Positions 48,501 through 61,200 of a stretch of DNA of 64,000 nt are shown piece after piece. This DNA is from an uncultured Lentisphaerales bacterium. Its GTDB lineage: Bacteria > Verrucomicrobiota > Lentisphaeria > JABSQK01 > UBA12247. The stretch is from contig CALSSJ010000010.1 in NCBI GenBank assembly GCA_943788985.1, positions 256,001 through 320,000 on the forward strand. Direction: 5' to 3'. The translations under genes were made by a program, and so were the position numbers. Position 1 is the stretch's first letter. Every line of letters begins with the position of its first letter. Under the pieces are notes generated by a model. That model saw only the letters and a list, made by a program, of their open reading frames with translations, did not search any database and was not told the DNA's origin.

Positions 48501-51500
48501 TGCAGACACTGGCTCGGTAACGGTTGCAGCTGATGAAGACGTGACGCTGAACAACCGCATCGAAGCCAACGACAACATCAGCGTGACCGCAAAGCATGCA
48601 CTGAACGCTGGCAATCAGCTGTTGCTGGCTGCTACCGGAGACATCTCCTTGAGCGGTGGCGACGTGAGTGTGGGTGTTGCAGGCGCTGAAGCGACCGCAG
48701 GGAACATCGACATTGATGCAACCTTGACTGATGCAGCTATCCGTGGTGACCTGACCGCAGGCAACGGCATTGCAGTCGACGCCGCTGGTGCGATCAGCAC
48801 CGCCGAGGCAGTGCTGGACGCCCACGGTGACGATGGTGACGTTGTCCTGACCGCTGGCAGCAACATCAATCTTGGTATCGGTTCCGCCGAAGCTGGCGAT
48901 GATGTGATCCTGACTGCAGGTGAGAACATCAATCAGATCGGCGACATTCGTGCCAACACCCATGCCGGGAACACTGAGCTGGACAGCGAAGGTGATGTTA
49001 TCCTGACTGCCACAACCGGTGCCATCACCACAACTGGCCAGGTACTGAGCGGCGTGAACTACACCGCCGATGCAGCGAACTCCATCACGCTCGGCGATCT
49101 GGCAGGCGCAGCAAACAACGGCAATATTGATGTGACTGGCAACGTTCACGTCGGTCAGAACATCGAGCCGACCGGCGACATTGACTTCAACGCAGACATC
49201 AACGCCGATGGCGAGGTTCTGGTTGACGGTGGACATGATATCACATTGGCTGCGACTGAGGACATCATCGCAGTTGGTGATGTGAACATCGACGCAGGCG
49301 CCACCGCGCTGGTAGACGGCGACATCAACGGCCATGACATCACGCTCCGCGGCGAGCATGCTCTTCTAATTAATGGAGAGCTGAATGCCACAGGCGAGAC
49401 CAACCTGAGTGGTGGAACTATCGACGCAACGTCTGCCATCACCTCTGCTACCGACGTCACCGTTCGCTCCGATGAGGAAGTGACCCTGGCTGAGGTTGAG
49501 GCCTTGGGTGGCTTCGTTGACATCTATGGTGGCGGACACGTCACCTTGAACGGCGATATTGAGGCCACGACGGATGTAACGGTCTTCAGTTTGGATGCTG
49601 GCATCACGCAGATTGGTAACATCGGCACCAAGGTTGCTGTGGACACCGCAGACAACGTGACCTTGACCGCAGCGGTTGGCACGATCGTCAGTAGCGGCAA
49701 CATCAACGCCGTGAACGACATCACCATTGATGCACACACCGATGCAACACTGAGCGCACTGCTGGTGGCTGACACTGGCAACGTGAACTTGCTGTCCAAC
49801 AATGCAGATGTGGTTGGCTTGAGCGGTTCGGCGATCGAAGCGACCGTTGGTGACGTCAACGTGACTGCTGGTTCCGACGTGAGCTTGGCGGACACTGTTA
49901 ACGCGGGCACGGACTTCAACCTGAATGCAGTTGAGACCATCACCTTGGGTGGTGCAGTCACAACTGGTGGTGCAGTCAACGTCGGACAGACCACTCGGAC
50001 GACCGGTGAGTTGGCCATCAACGCAGCAGTTGACGCAACTGGCCCGATTGACATCGACGCAGAGGGCGGCATCGAGGTAGCAGACGTCTTGGTTGACGGC
50101 GACGCAGCTGTTACGATTGACACACTGGGCAGCATTGATCTGAACGGCACACTGACGGGTGACAGCATTGCAGTACGCAGCGCTGAAGGAAACCTGGAAG
50201 TAGACGGCGTGGTTGCTGCTGATGGCAGCACCGTGTTGTTGAGCGCTGCTGGCAACGTCGGTATCGATGATACCGTGGACGCCGCCACTGACGTGACCGT
50301 CTGGGCTGGTGACAGCATTTCGCAGACCGCAGCCATCGGCAGCGGCGGCCTGACCGACGCAATCAGCCTGACTGCTGAGCTCGGGACCGTTAGCAGCACT
50401 GCGAACATTACGGGCATCAGCACGATTGACGTGACTGCCGGAACGGATGCAACCTTTGCAAATGACGTGATCGGTAGCGCCGTGACAGTGGTTGCTGGTC
50501 AGGATGCGGTAACTCGCTCCGGGATCGTTGACGCCAACGATGGCGCGGTTGCGATCTCCGCAAACCGCAATGTGACGCTGGGATCCGGCGGAACTGAAGC
50601 GACCAACGGTGTGACTCTTGCTGCCGATCAGGCGCTGTGGGTAAACGGCAACGTGAACGCTGACAGCAACTCCGACGGAACGGGTGACATCGACCTGGAT
50701 GCAACCAACGGTTCGCTTTGGGCCAACGGCACGCTGGACGGGGCGAACCTGACTGCTGACGCAGGGAACACCCTGACCATCGCTGGCAACACTACCACAA
50801 CTGGTGCGATCATCATCGGCGGCACGACGGTTCCGGCTGGCGACATTAGCATCACGGCTACCAACGTGGATGCAACCGGCGATATCACTGTCAACGGCGG
50901 TGCAGACGTCTCGCAGAGCGGCACGCTTGATACCGACGGTGCTCTGTCCATCACTAACGGTGGCGCGGTCGACTTGGACGGCACCGTTGGTGCAGCGAGC
51001 ATTGCGCTCGATGCCGCTGGCGATGTTGATGCAGCGGGTACACTGAGCATTGACGGCAGCGGCCTCACGATTGAGTCCGACAGCGATGTCAGCCTGAGCG
51101 AGGCAATCTCTGCGGTTACTAACGTTACAATCAATGCTGATGGCTCCATCGAGCACGACAGCACACTGACGGCTGTAACCGCTTCGCTGAAGGCTACCAA
51201 TGGTGACATCACCAGCGGTGGTGCCATCACGCTGAGTGGTGACCTGAGTGCGGACGCCGGCCAGAATGTTCGCTTCGACGATACCGTCACCGCTGCCACC
51301 ATCGAGGTGGGGGCTGGCGCCGATCTACGCACGACTGAGCTGGTCAGTGCCACTGCTGGCAACGCCAGCCTGCGCAGCAGCGAAGATGCGACAATCGGCA
51401 GTGGCGGCGTGACTGCTACTGGCGATGTGAGCGTCTGGGCTGCCAACAGCTTGGATCAGAACGGCGCACTGAGCGCTGGCGGCAATGTCTCTGCCATCGC

Positions 51501-54500
51501 CCAAACCGGTGGCTTGACGGTTGACGCAACCATTGACGGTACAGATGTCACGTTGGACGCTAATGATACGCTGGCGATCAACAGCGATGTGACTGCAACC
51601 AGCGACCTCCTGATTGGCATCAATACGCCAGACGAAATCAACGTGGATGCAAACCTGACTGGCACTGACAGTTTAACCGTTCGCGGGCAGGGCGACCTGA
51701 CGCAGACCGGCGGTCATGCCATCAGCAGCGACGGACTCATCGACGTAAATGTTGGTGGTGCCCTTACACTGCACGGTAGCGCAACTGGTTCCGACCTGAA
51801 CTTGGCAGCGGATGCGGCAACGGTCGCAGTCCTGGCTGCGATTGGCGGAGATGCTGCAATCATTGCTCGTGAAGGCGATGCAATCTTCACCGATACGGTC
51901 GACGCAACTGGCGCACTGACGATCGGTGCCAATGGCGCAGTTGAAACGTCCAGCACTCTGACGGCCGGTGCACTAATCGACATTGATGCAACCACGGGCG
52001 ACATTGACCTCGGTGGCGCTGTGATCGGTGGCGCTGTAAGCGGCTTGGCTGCGGGCGACATCCATACGGACGCCGCGATCTCCGCAATTGCGGGGAGCGT
52101 CGAGCTGACCAGCACGACTGGTGAAGTTGATGTCGCAGGTGTTACTGCGAGCGATGCAATTGCACTGGACGCTGCAGCCAACCTGGCGCATGGCGCTCTG
52201 AATGCAGGCGGCGACGTCAGTGCTAACGCTGGCGGAAGCTGGAATGGTGCTTCGATTGTTGGTAACAACGTCGCTGCGAATGCCGCTATCAATGGTCTGA
52301 TTGGCGACATCACCGCTGACGGCACTGTCACGATCGGTGTAGCTGGCGAACAGGCCGGTGTCCTTGAGTTGGCTGGTGTCGTTGACGCCGCTGGTGCCGT
52401 CAACGTAGTGGGCGAAGACGACGTAACGTTGAGTGGTGCATCGCTGGACAGTGACAGCACGGTGAACATCAGCGCTGCTGAGAACCTAAGCCTGATTGGC
52501 ACGGTCGGTGGTACTGAGGTAACGCTCACGGGTGCCAATGTGACCGCAAGCAGCGTGGCCGCTGACGCCGGTGACGTGACAGCCACCAGCGTGGGCGCTG
52601 TCTCAATCAGCGAGGCGACCGCAACGAATAGCATTGCGATCTCCGCAGATAGCATCACACTCAACGATGCGACCGCAGACAGCGACACTAACAATGACGG
52701 CGACTTGCTGCTGACCGCAGTGGGCGCAGTCAACCTGAGTGGCGACAACAGTGCCGAGAATGCCACGGTCACTGCCGGTGACTTCCTGATGGCCAGCGAT
52801 GCCAGCCTGGCAGTCGTTGACAGTGTGGACGTAACTGCGACGGGTGTGGCTGCAATCTCCGACATCGGTGCAACCAATGCCACGATTAGCGCTGATTCAA
52901 TCATCGAGTCCGGTGACGACAGCGACGCAGATCTGACCGCTCGTCGGATTTGGCTGAGTGCCGAGAATGGGATCGGCGAGAATGGCCTGACCGCTTCTCA
53001 GAATGCAATCGAGATTGATGGCGGTGTTGAAGTTGGTATCTCGACCGTCACTTGGAACGGCACAGATGACCGCCTTGAGTTTGGCACCAATGGCGACCAT
53101 GGGCTGCAGGTTGGTGATCAGATCGTGGTTTCCGGGACGGACAACTACAATGGCCCGGTCGAAGTGACGCAGGTCATTGATAGTACAACCTTTGTCACGA
53201 GCCAAACTCACGTCTACGACGAGGCTGCTAATCTGGGTGTCACTGACATTGCTGCGGATGGCACTTCGATCTTGACGATCGCCTACAACCGCCATGAGGA
53301 CCGTATGGAATTCACCACCAGCGGTAACCATGGCCTCGAGCCTGGCGATGTGATTGCGATCAACAACACCGGCAACTTCAACGGTGCTGCTGTGGTTGTC
53401 ACGCAGGTGCTGAACGGCACGACCTTTGTCACTGGCCAGGACCCGGATCGTAGCGAGACGAACCTGACCACCGCTGAGATCAACCGCGGCGTGACCTACA
53501 CCACGGCTGGCCAGCATGGTCTGCGCGTGGGCGACGAAGTCGAATTGGCCGATACCACTGGTTACAACGGTACCGCCGTCGTGACCTGTATCATTGATGA
53601 CACTACCTTCGTGACCAACCAGTTGACCGATGCCGATGAGGTTACTGGAACGCTCGTTCGTGACTTCAACCTTGGGCACGCCGAATTAATCGCGACGACG
53701 ACCGGCGACGACGCAGACATCCTGCTGCGTGGTCTCAATACAGTTGCACTGACAATCAACGAGCTGTCGACGCAGAACGGCGATATCTCACTGGTGGCTG
53801 ACAACGATATCGTCGCTCACATGGTCATGGCTCTGGATTATGGTAGTCCTGGAGTTGATGTGGATGGCGATGGAATCATCGAAGAAGGAATCAACGGTGA
53901 CCTTGATGACGCCCACGACCTGACGCTGATCTCAAATGGTGGCTCACTGACTATCGCTGGTACGGTTCTGGCTGATGCCAATGCGAACATTCAGTCAGCC
54001 GAAGGGATCATCACTGACCTCAATGGTGACGGCGATGCCGACGGTGGCGTAGTCGCTGGCGTGATCAACATCACGGTGCCAAGTACTGTTACCGCTGATC
54101 AGACCTTCGGGGGGCTTCACTTCCAACACGACGATCACGATCAACAACCAAGGCGAAGGCGAAACCGTTATTCTCCGCAATGGCCTGGTCGCCAGTGGCG
54201 ATGTCGGGATCACCAGTGTGAATGACGTTCACCTGTACGAAAACGCGATCACCTCCGGCGGCGACATCGCGCTGGCCAGTACTGGTGGTACTCGCGTTGT
54301 CTCCGATACTCACGGTCAGCTGATTTGGACTGATTACGGCGGCGATATCCTGGACGGCGCTTCTACAGATCCGCTGAATCTACGCGGTGAGCAGGAGCTG
54401 GACCCTGTCACAAAGCTGCCTACCGGTCGCATCATTCCGGGCACACAGGTTCGTGACACAGACATCTACGCCACTAACCTGAATGCCGCTGGCAGCATCA

Positions 54501-55084
54501 CTCTCTCTGCTTGGGGCTGGATTGGCAAGGACGTCGAGCATGTCCCATCCACTGACGGCGATCCACCACTCTTTGGCGACGTGGATCCGATCGAGCTGGA
54601 TGCCGGTACTAACCTGACGTTCGAGTACTTGGGCGACCGCGATCTGGGAGCAACGTTCTGGGCACTGGCTGTAGGCGAGATCGACGGCGAGCGGGTTCCG
54701 GACAACGTAGACTTTGTGCACGCTGCTGATGAGGATCGCGTGCCACCAGGGTACATCTACTACAATGGCGATTTTGTCGGTGGTCAGACACAGCCAGTAC
54801 GTGAGTACATCCGGATGCAGCAGGCACATCACATGATGCGCAAGCTGCTGCAGGAGCAAGCTGTTCTGCAGCCGGGCTACTTCACGCACGTACTTTCCGA
54901 GATGAACAATATCTGGGAGATCCCAGCCATTGAGTACATGAACAATGGTGGTGGCTATATCTTTGGCCTACCGGTTCATACTGAGCTTCCTGCACACATC
55001 GATATTCTCGAAATGCAGGACGATCAGTTCCGTTGGGCCGAGAGCCCAGAGGAGCGCTCGCAGCGCAGTCAGCTGTCTAAGTAA
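21512..55084 (+). CDS. Giant filamentous haemagglutinin/TpsA-like exoprotein (~11,000 aa), interrupted by numerous probable assembly indels
   Basis: SD AAGGAG plus ATG 21512, signal peptide ending SVFA, and TPS domain (IIDWQSFSVG, LLNPNGVIFG). Beta-helix-like G/A/T/D/I-rich sequence continues across frame changes (ORF pieces 21401-33010, 32991-36335, many fragments, 46054-54225, 54218-55084) to TAA 55084. Confidence 0.85.
23250..32100 (+). repeat. Four diverged ~765-aa (~2.3 kb) internal repeats of the giant TpsA
   Basis: Motif GV(I/L)FRNEG starts at 24455, 26750, 29045 and 31358 (spacing 2295, 2295, 2313 bp). Confidence 0.9.
36831..36959 (+). repeat. Exact 60-bp in-frame tandem duplication (VTAGNDVTLANTTDATGDVT x2)
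   Basis: Sequence lines starting 36841 and 36901 are identical except for the last base. Confidence 0.92.
40660..46200 (+). repeat. Eight ~660-690 bp tandem repeats (RANTGW/RADTGW units)
   Basis: Motif starts at 41133, 41818, 42502, 43167, 43863, 44527, 45188 and 45850. Confidence 0.9.
53026..53660 (+). repeat. Three HGLxxGD...(Y/F)NG...VT...TTFVT modules inserted in the TpsA
   Basis: HGLQVGDQ, HGLEPGDV and HGLRVGDE, each followed by NG-x-VT-x-TTFVT. Confidence 0.85.
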
Positions 55085-55172
55085 GACAGCTTCTCTGTCC
55101 TGAAGGTTGAATAATTCGGTTGTCTAGACCGGACAACCGCTCAAACGGTTCCGGGGTTCAATTGAACCTCCG
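55085..55172. promoter_or_regulatory. Cluster of inverted repeats between the two giant genes
   Basis: GACAG/CTGTC (55085-55099), CGGTTGTC/GACAACCG (55117-55139), and perfect palindrome GGTTCAATTGAACC (55155-55168). Confidence 0.5.
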
Positions 55173-55208
55173 GTTCCTTGTGTCTACAAATAAGCAGGAA
55201 CGTAAATA

Positions 55209-58200
55209 ATGAACACGATTCACTCAATACGAACTCTGACGTGGATGATCCTCGTCGGAGTTTTAGCAACACTTAACGGCTTGGCAGATGTCAGCGTACA
55301 GATTTCCCAGCCAGCCGCCGGTATTTGGAATGGCGCCCCACTCCAAGATACCAAAGACGGAGAAGGCGACATCGTATCAGAAAATACTGACCCTAGGAGT
55401 AGTGTCACGATTGACGCGTCCGTGCCGATCACTGGTGGCGAGACGATCAACGAAGTGCTCTACGAATTCAGTTTTGACTCGGCCGCTGGTCCGTGGACTG
55501 AGATTCAGACTTTGGTCAATGGCGTCGATGATTTGAGTTCCTTTACGATTGAGTGGTCCGCAGCAGCCTCACTGACTGCTTGGATTGCGGCGAACGTTGC
55601 CGGGGACCCAAGTCTGACTGCGAACGAATCCGCGGATGGGAATCACAAGCGCGATGTCTGGCTGCGAGTCACCATTGATCACAGCGGTGGTACCTCTCAG
55701 ACCGCGGAGCACTTGTTCCATCTGGACAATGAGCAACCGCAGGTAGATCCGATGCCGCAGTTGACGTTTCCGTACTACACGGCGTCCCGGACGGTCGCTC
55801 CAAACTGGCTCGCTGGGCAGGACGGTACCCCACCGGAAGTGGACAGTACGTTGTTTACCGCTGCAGATGTAGCTGGTATTGATTCGTACAGAATCATTAC
55901 CAACCAGGAATCGACGATGGTGCTGCCGCGGATTGAGAATAAGACCAAGCTTCCAACAAACGTCTCGCTCTCGGGGCCCGAAGTGAATCCGTTCTATATT
56001 CACGTTCGGACGCGTGACGCAAACCTCAATGCCAATGGTGCCAACTGGACTGAGACGCGCTCGTGGGGTCCGATAATCGTAGACGAGACGCCTCCGGAGG
56101 TGACGATCACCCCCAACAGCGGCAGCATTCCCTGTGATCCAATTACGTTCACCGTGACCTTTAACGAGCTGGTGGACGATCACCCGCAGGTTGCGAATCG
56201 GGATCTATTTGATCCGGCCACGGAGATCAGCATCAGCTAACGGTACGCTTACGTTTCCCATACCGAAGGCACCGGCTCCGAGGAGAACTTGGTCTGGTAC
56301 GTTGTGGTTGATCCAACGGTGACGGGGCCGGTCACTCTGACAGTGGCTGCCGGGATGACGCACGACCAGGCAGGGAACAATAATAACGGCAATTCTGGGA
56401 CTGTGGCCTATGCGGCCGGGACTGTCGCCTTTGCAGCAGCAAGCAGTAGCGTGACCGAAGGGGCTGGTTCTGCTGCATTTGTGGTCGAGTTCAGTGCGGC
56501 CGTCGGCGTTGTGCTTGAATGTGAGTTTACCGTGGATGTGGTCGTGTCTGGCGGCACTGCCGTTGCGGGCGGCGACTACACTTTTAGCCCCGTGACCCAG
56601 ACCGTGACTTTCGGGGTTGGCGACGCGGATGGCGCCACGCGTGTGATTGGTGTTCCCATCACGAATGACACCGAGATTGAGTGTAACGAGACTGCCACCT
56701 TTCAGTTGCAGAACGTGGGGTTAAATCAGGCCGTGACTCTTGGCGCACAGACCGACCACGAATTGACGATTGATGATGACGCGGCCGACAGCGCGACTCT
56801 TCATTTCGTCGCATCGAGTGTGACCTATTCTGAGAACTCCGGCGCCATCACTGTCGCCGTTGAGCTGGAAGCTGCCGGAGGTGTTACGCTGCAGTGTCCT
56901 TTGAGTGTGAACGTACGGGACCTGCAGAGCGGTTCTGCAAATGGCAGCGACTACTCGGTTCCAAGCGTCACGCAAATTCTTACTTTCGCACCCGGTGCCG
57001 CTAACGGGACAACAGCAGTTGCCCTCCTCACAATCACCGACGACAGCTTGATCGAGTGCGTGGATGAGACAGTTAACTTCATTTTGGAATCGGTCGTGAC
57101 TGACAGCGCTGTGTTATTGGCCGCCTCTACGCTCCACACCGCAGTGATTCAGGACAACGACATCACGAGTATATCGTTGGTTGCGACTGATGCCGCGGCG
57201 GACGAAACGGGTGCCAACGATGGTACTTTTGCAGTTCGCCTCGATAGCGGAAACAACACGCAGGACGACATTGTCGTTACCTATATCGTGAGCGGCACTG
57301 CTTCCGATGGCACTGACTATGCTACGATTAGTGGTAGTGCCACAATCTCCGGCGGCACCTCCAGCACCACGATTGCCGTAGACGTCTCCTCGGACAGCTT
57401 GGCTGAGTGTGATGAAACGGTGGTTCTGACTCTTACTGCGGTTGGCTGCGGCTCGATCAATGGGAGTAGCTCCACCGACACCGTTACGATTACCGATAAC
57501 ACGCAAGGCGTGTCGATCGTTGCCACTGACAACACTGGGACTGAGGGCGTTGACAATGCGTCCTTCACGGTCGCTTTGGACAATGGTGATGTTGCCTCCA
57601 CCAACTATGTGGTGAGCTACACGATCAGCGGCACAGCGGACAATGGCACGGACTACACGACGATCGCCGATACGGTGACGATCCCAGCTGGTGCGAACAG
57701 CGCGGCAATCGCGATTACGGTGCTGGATGACGGTGTGGCCGATTGTAGTGAGACCGTGACCTTGATCCTGACTGGTGCCGACGACTGCCTGGTGCTGGGT
57801 GCGACCACGACTGCCGATGCTGACATCGATGATCAGGCGCAGGGCGTTTCGATCACGGCGAGCGACGATCATGGGGTGGAAGACAGCGACCATGCTGAAT
57901 TTACGGTATCGCTGGATACTGGCGACGTGGCCGAGCAGGCGTACGTGGTGAGCTACTCGATCACTGGGTCCGCCAGCAATGGCACGGACTATGCGACCAT
58001 CGCGGACACGGTGACGATTCCGCAGGGTGCTTCTAGTGCGTCGATTACGATCACGGTGCTGGATGACGGTGTTGCTGATTGTAGCGAGACTGTGACGTTG
58101 ACCCTGACTGGAGCGGACGACTGCCTGGTGCTGGGCGCGACCACGACTGCCGACGCTGACATCGACGATCAGGCGCAGGGCGTTTCGATCACGGCGAGCG

Positions 58201-61200
58201 ACGACCATGGGGTGGAAGATAGCGATCACGCCGAATTTACGGTTTCGCTGGATACTGGCGACGTGGCCGAGCAGGCGTACGTGGTGAGCTACTCGATTAC
58301 TGGTTCAGCCAGCAATGGCACGGACTACACGACGATCGCCGACACGGTGACGATTCCGCAGGGTGCTTCGAGCGCGTCGATTACGATCACGGTGCTGGAT
58401 GACGGTGTTGCTGATTGTAGCGAGACTGTGACGTTGACTCTGACTGGCGCAGACGACTGCCTGGTGCTGGGTGCGACCACGACTGCCGACGCTGACATCG
58501 ATGATCAGGCGCAGGGCGTTTCGATCACGGCGAGCGACGACCATGGGGTGGAAGACAGCGACCATGCCGAATTTACGGTATCGCTGGATACTGGCGACGT
58601 TGCCGAACAGGCGTACGTGGTGAGCTACTCGATTACTGGTTCAGCCAGCAATGGTACGGACTATGCGACCATCGCGGACACGGTGACGATTCCGCAGGGT
58701 GCTTCTAGTGCTGCGATTACGATCACGGTGCTGGATGACGGTGTCGCTGATTGTAGCGAGACTGTGACGTTGACTCTGACCGGCGCAGACGACTGCCTGG
58801 TGCTGGGTGCGACCACGACTGCCGATGCTGACATCGATGATCAGGCGCAGGGCGTTTCGATCACGGCGAGCGACGACCATGGGGTGGAAGATAGCGATCA
58901 CGCCGAATTTACGGTTTCGCTGGATACTGGCGACGTGGCCGAACAGGCGTACGTGGTGAGCTACTCGATCACTGGTTCAGCCAGCAATGGCACGGACTAC
59001 ACGACGATTGCGGACACGGTGACGATTCCACAGGGTGCTTCTAGTGCGTCGATTACGATCACGGTGCTGGATGACGGTGTCGCTGATTGTAGCGAGACTG
59101 TGACGCTTGACTCTGACCGGTGCAGACGACTGCCTGGTGCTGGGTGCGACCACGACTGCCGACGCCGACATCGATGATCAGGCGCAGGGTGTTTCGATCA
59201 CCGCGAGCGACGACCATGGTGTTGAAGACAGCGACCATGCCGAGTTTACGGTTTCGCTGGATACTGGCGACGTAGCCGAGCAGGCGTACGTGGTGAGCTA
59301 CTCGATTACTGGTTCTGCCAGCAATGGCACGGACTATGCGACGATCGCGGACACGGTGACGATTCCACAGGGTGCTTCTAGTGCGTCGATTACGATCACG
59401 GTGCTGGATGACGGTGTCGCTGATTGTAGCGAGACTGTGACGTTGACTCTGACCGGCGCAGACGACTGCCTGGTGCTGGGTGCGACCACGACTGCCGACG
59501 CTGACATCGATGATCAGGCGCAGGGCGTTTCGATCACCGCGAGCGACGACCATGGGGTTGAAGACAGCGACCATGCTGAGTTTACGGTCTCGCTGGATAC
59601 TGGCGACGTGGCCGAGCAGGCGTACGTGGTGAGCTACTCGATCACTGGTTCAGCCAGCAATGGCACGGACTATGCGACCGATCGCGGACACGGTGACGAT
59701 TCCGCAGGGTGCTTCGAGCGCGTCGATTACGATCACGGTGCTGGATGACGGTGTGGCTGATTGTAGCGAGACTGTGACGCTGACTCTCACTGGCGCAGAC
59801 GACTGCCTGGTGCTGGGTGCGACCACGACTGCCGATGCTGACATCGATGATCAGGCGCAGGGCGTTTCGATCACGGCGAGCGACGACCATGGGGTGGAAG
59901 ATAGCGATCACGCCGAATTTACGGTTTCGCTGGATACTGGCGACGTGGCCGAGCAGGCGTACGTGGTGAGCTACTCGATTACTGGTTCTGCCAGCAATGG
60001 TACGGACTATGCGACCATCGCGGACACGGTGACGATTCCACAGGGTGCTTCTAGTGCGTCGATTACGATCACGGTGCTGGATGACGGTGTCGCTGATTGT
60101 AGCGAGACTGTGACGCTTGACTCTGACCGGCGCAGACGACTGCCTGGTGCTGGGTGCGACCACGACTGCCGATGCCGACATCGATGATCAGGCGCAGGGC
60201 GTTTCGATCACCGCGAGCGACGACCATGGTGTTGAAGACAGCGACCATGCTGAGTTTACGGTTTCGCTGGATACTGGCGATGTAGCCGAGCAGGCGTACG
60301 TGGTGAGCTACTCGATCACTGGGTCCGCCAGCAATGGCACGGACTATGCGACCATCGCGGACACGGTGACGATTCCACAGGGTGCTTCTAGTGCGTCGAT
60401 TACGATCACGGTGCTGGATGACGGTGTCGCTGATTGTAGCGAGACCGTGACGCTGACTCTGACTGGCGCAGACGACTGCCTGGTGCTGGGTGCGACCACG
60501 ACTGCCGACGCTGACATCGATGATCAGGCGCAGGGCGTTTCGATCACGGCGAGCGACGACCATGGGGTGGAAGACAGCGACCATGCCGAATTTACGGTAT
60601 CGCTGGATACTGGCGACGTGGCCGAGCAGGCGTACGTGGTGAGCTACTCGATTACTGGTTCAGCCAGCAATGGCACGGACTACACGACGATCGCGGACAC
60701 GGTGACGATTCCGCAGGGTGCTTCGAGTGCTCGATTACGATCACGGTGCTGGATGACGGTGTGGCTGATTGTAGCGAGACTGTGACGTTGACTCTGACTG
60801 GCGCAGACGACTGCCTGGTGCTGGGTGCGACCACGACTGCCGATGCTGACATCGATGATCAGGCGCAGGGCGTTTCGATCACGGCGAGCGACGACCATGG
60901 GGTGGAAGACAGCGACCATGCCGAATTTACGGTTTCGCTGGATACTGGCGACGTAGCCGAGCAGGCGTACGTGGTGAGCTACTCGATTACTGGTTCTGCC
61001 AGCAATGGCACGGACTACACGACGATTGCTGACACGGTGACGATTCCACAGGGTGCTTCGAGTGCCTCGATTACGATCACGGTGCTGGATGACGGTGTTG
61101 CTGATTGTAGCGAGACCGTGACGCTGACTCTGACCGGTGCAGACGACTGCCTGGTGCTGGGTGCGACCACGACTGCCGACGCCGACATCGATGATCAGGC

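Noticed and set aside
48740..48752. RGD integrin-binding motif in the TpsA
   Set aside because: Expected by chance in ~11,000 G/D-rich residues, with no supporting context.
54218..56240. CdiA-CT toxin plus immunity gene
   Set aside because: No VENN/pre-toxin motif. The downstream ORF has a signal peptide and is the N-terminus of the Calx-beta protein.
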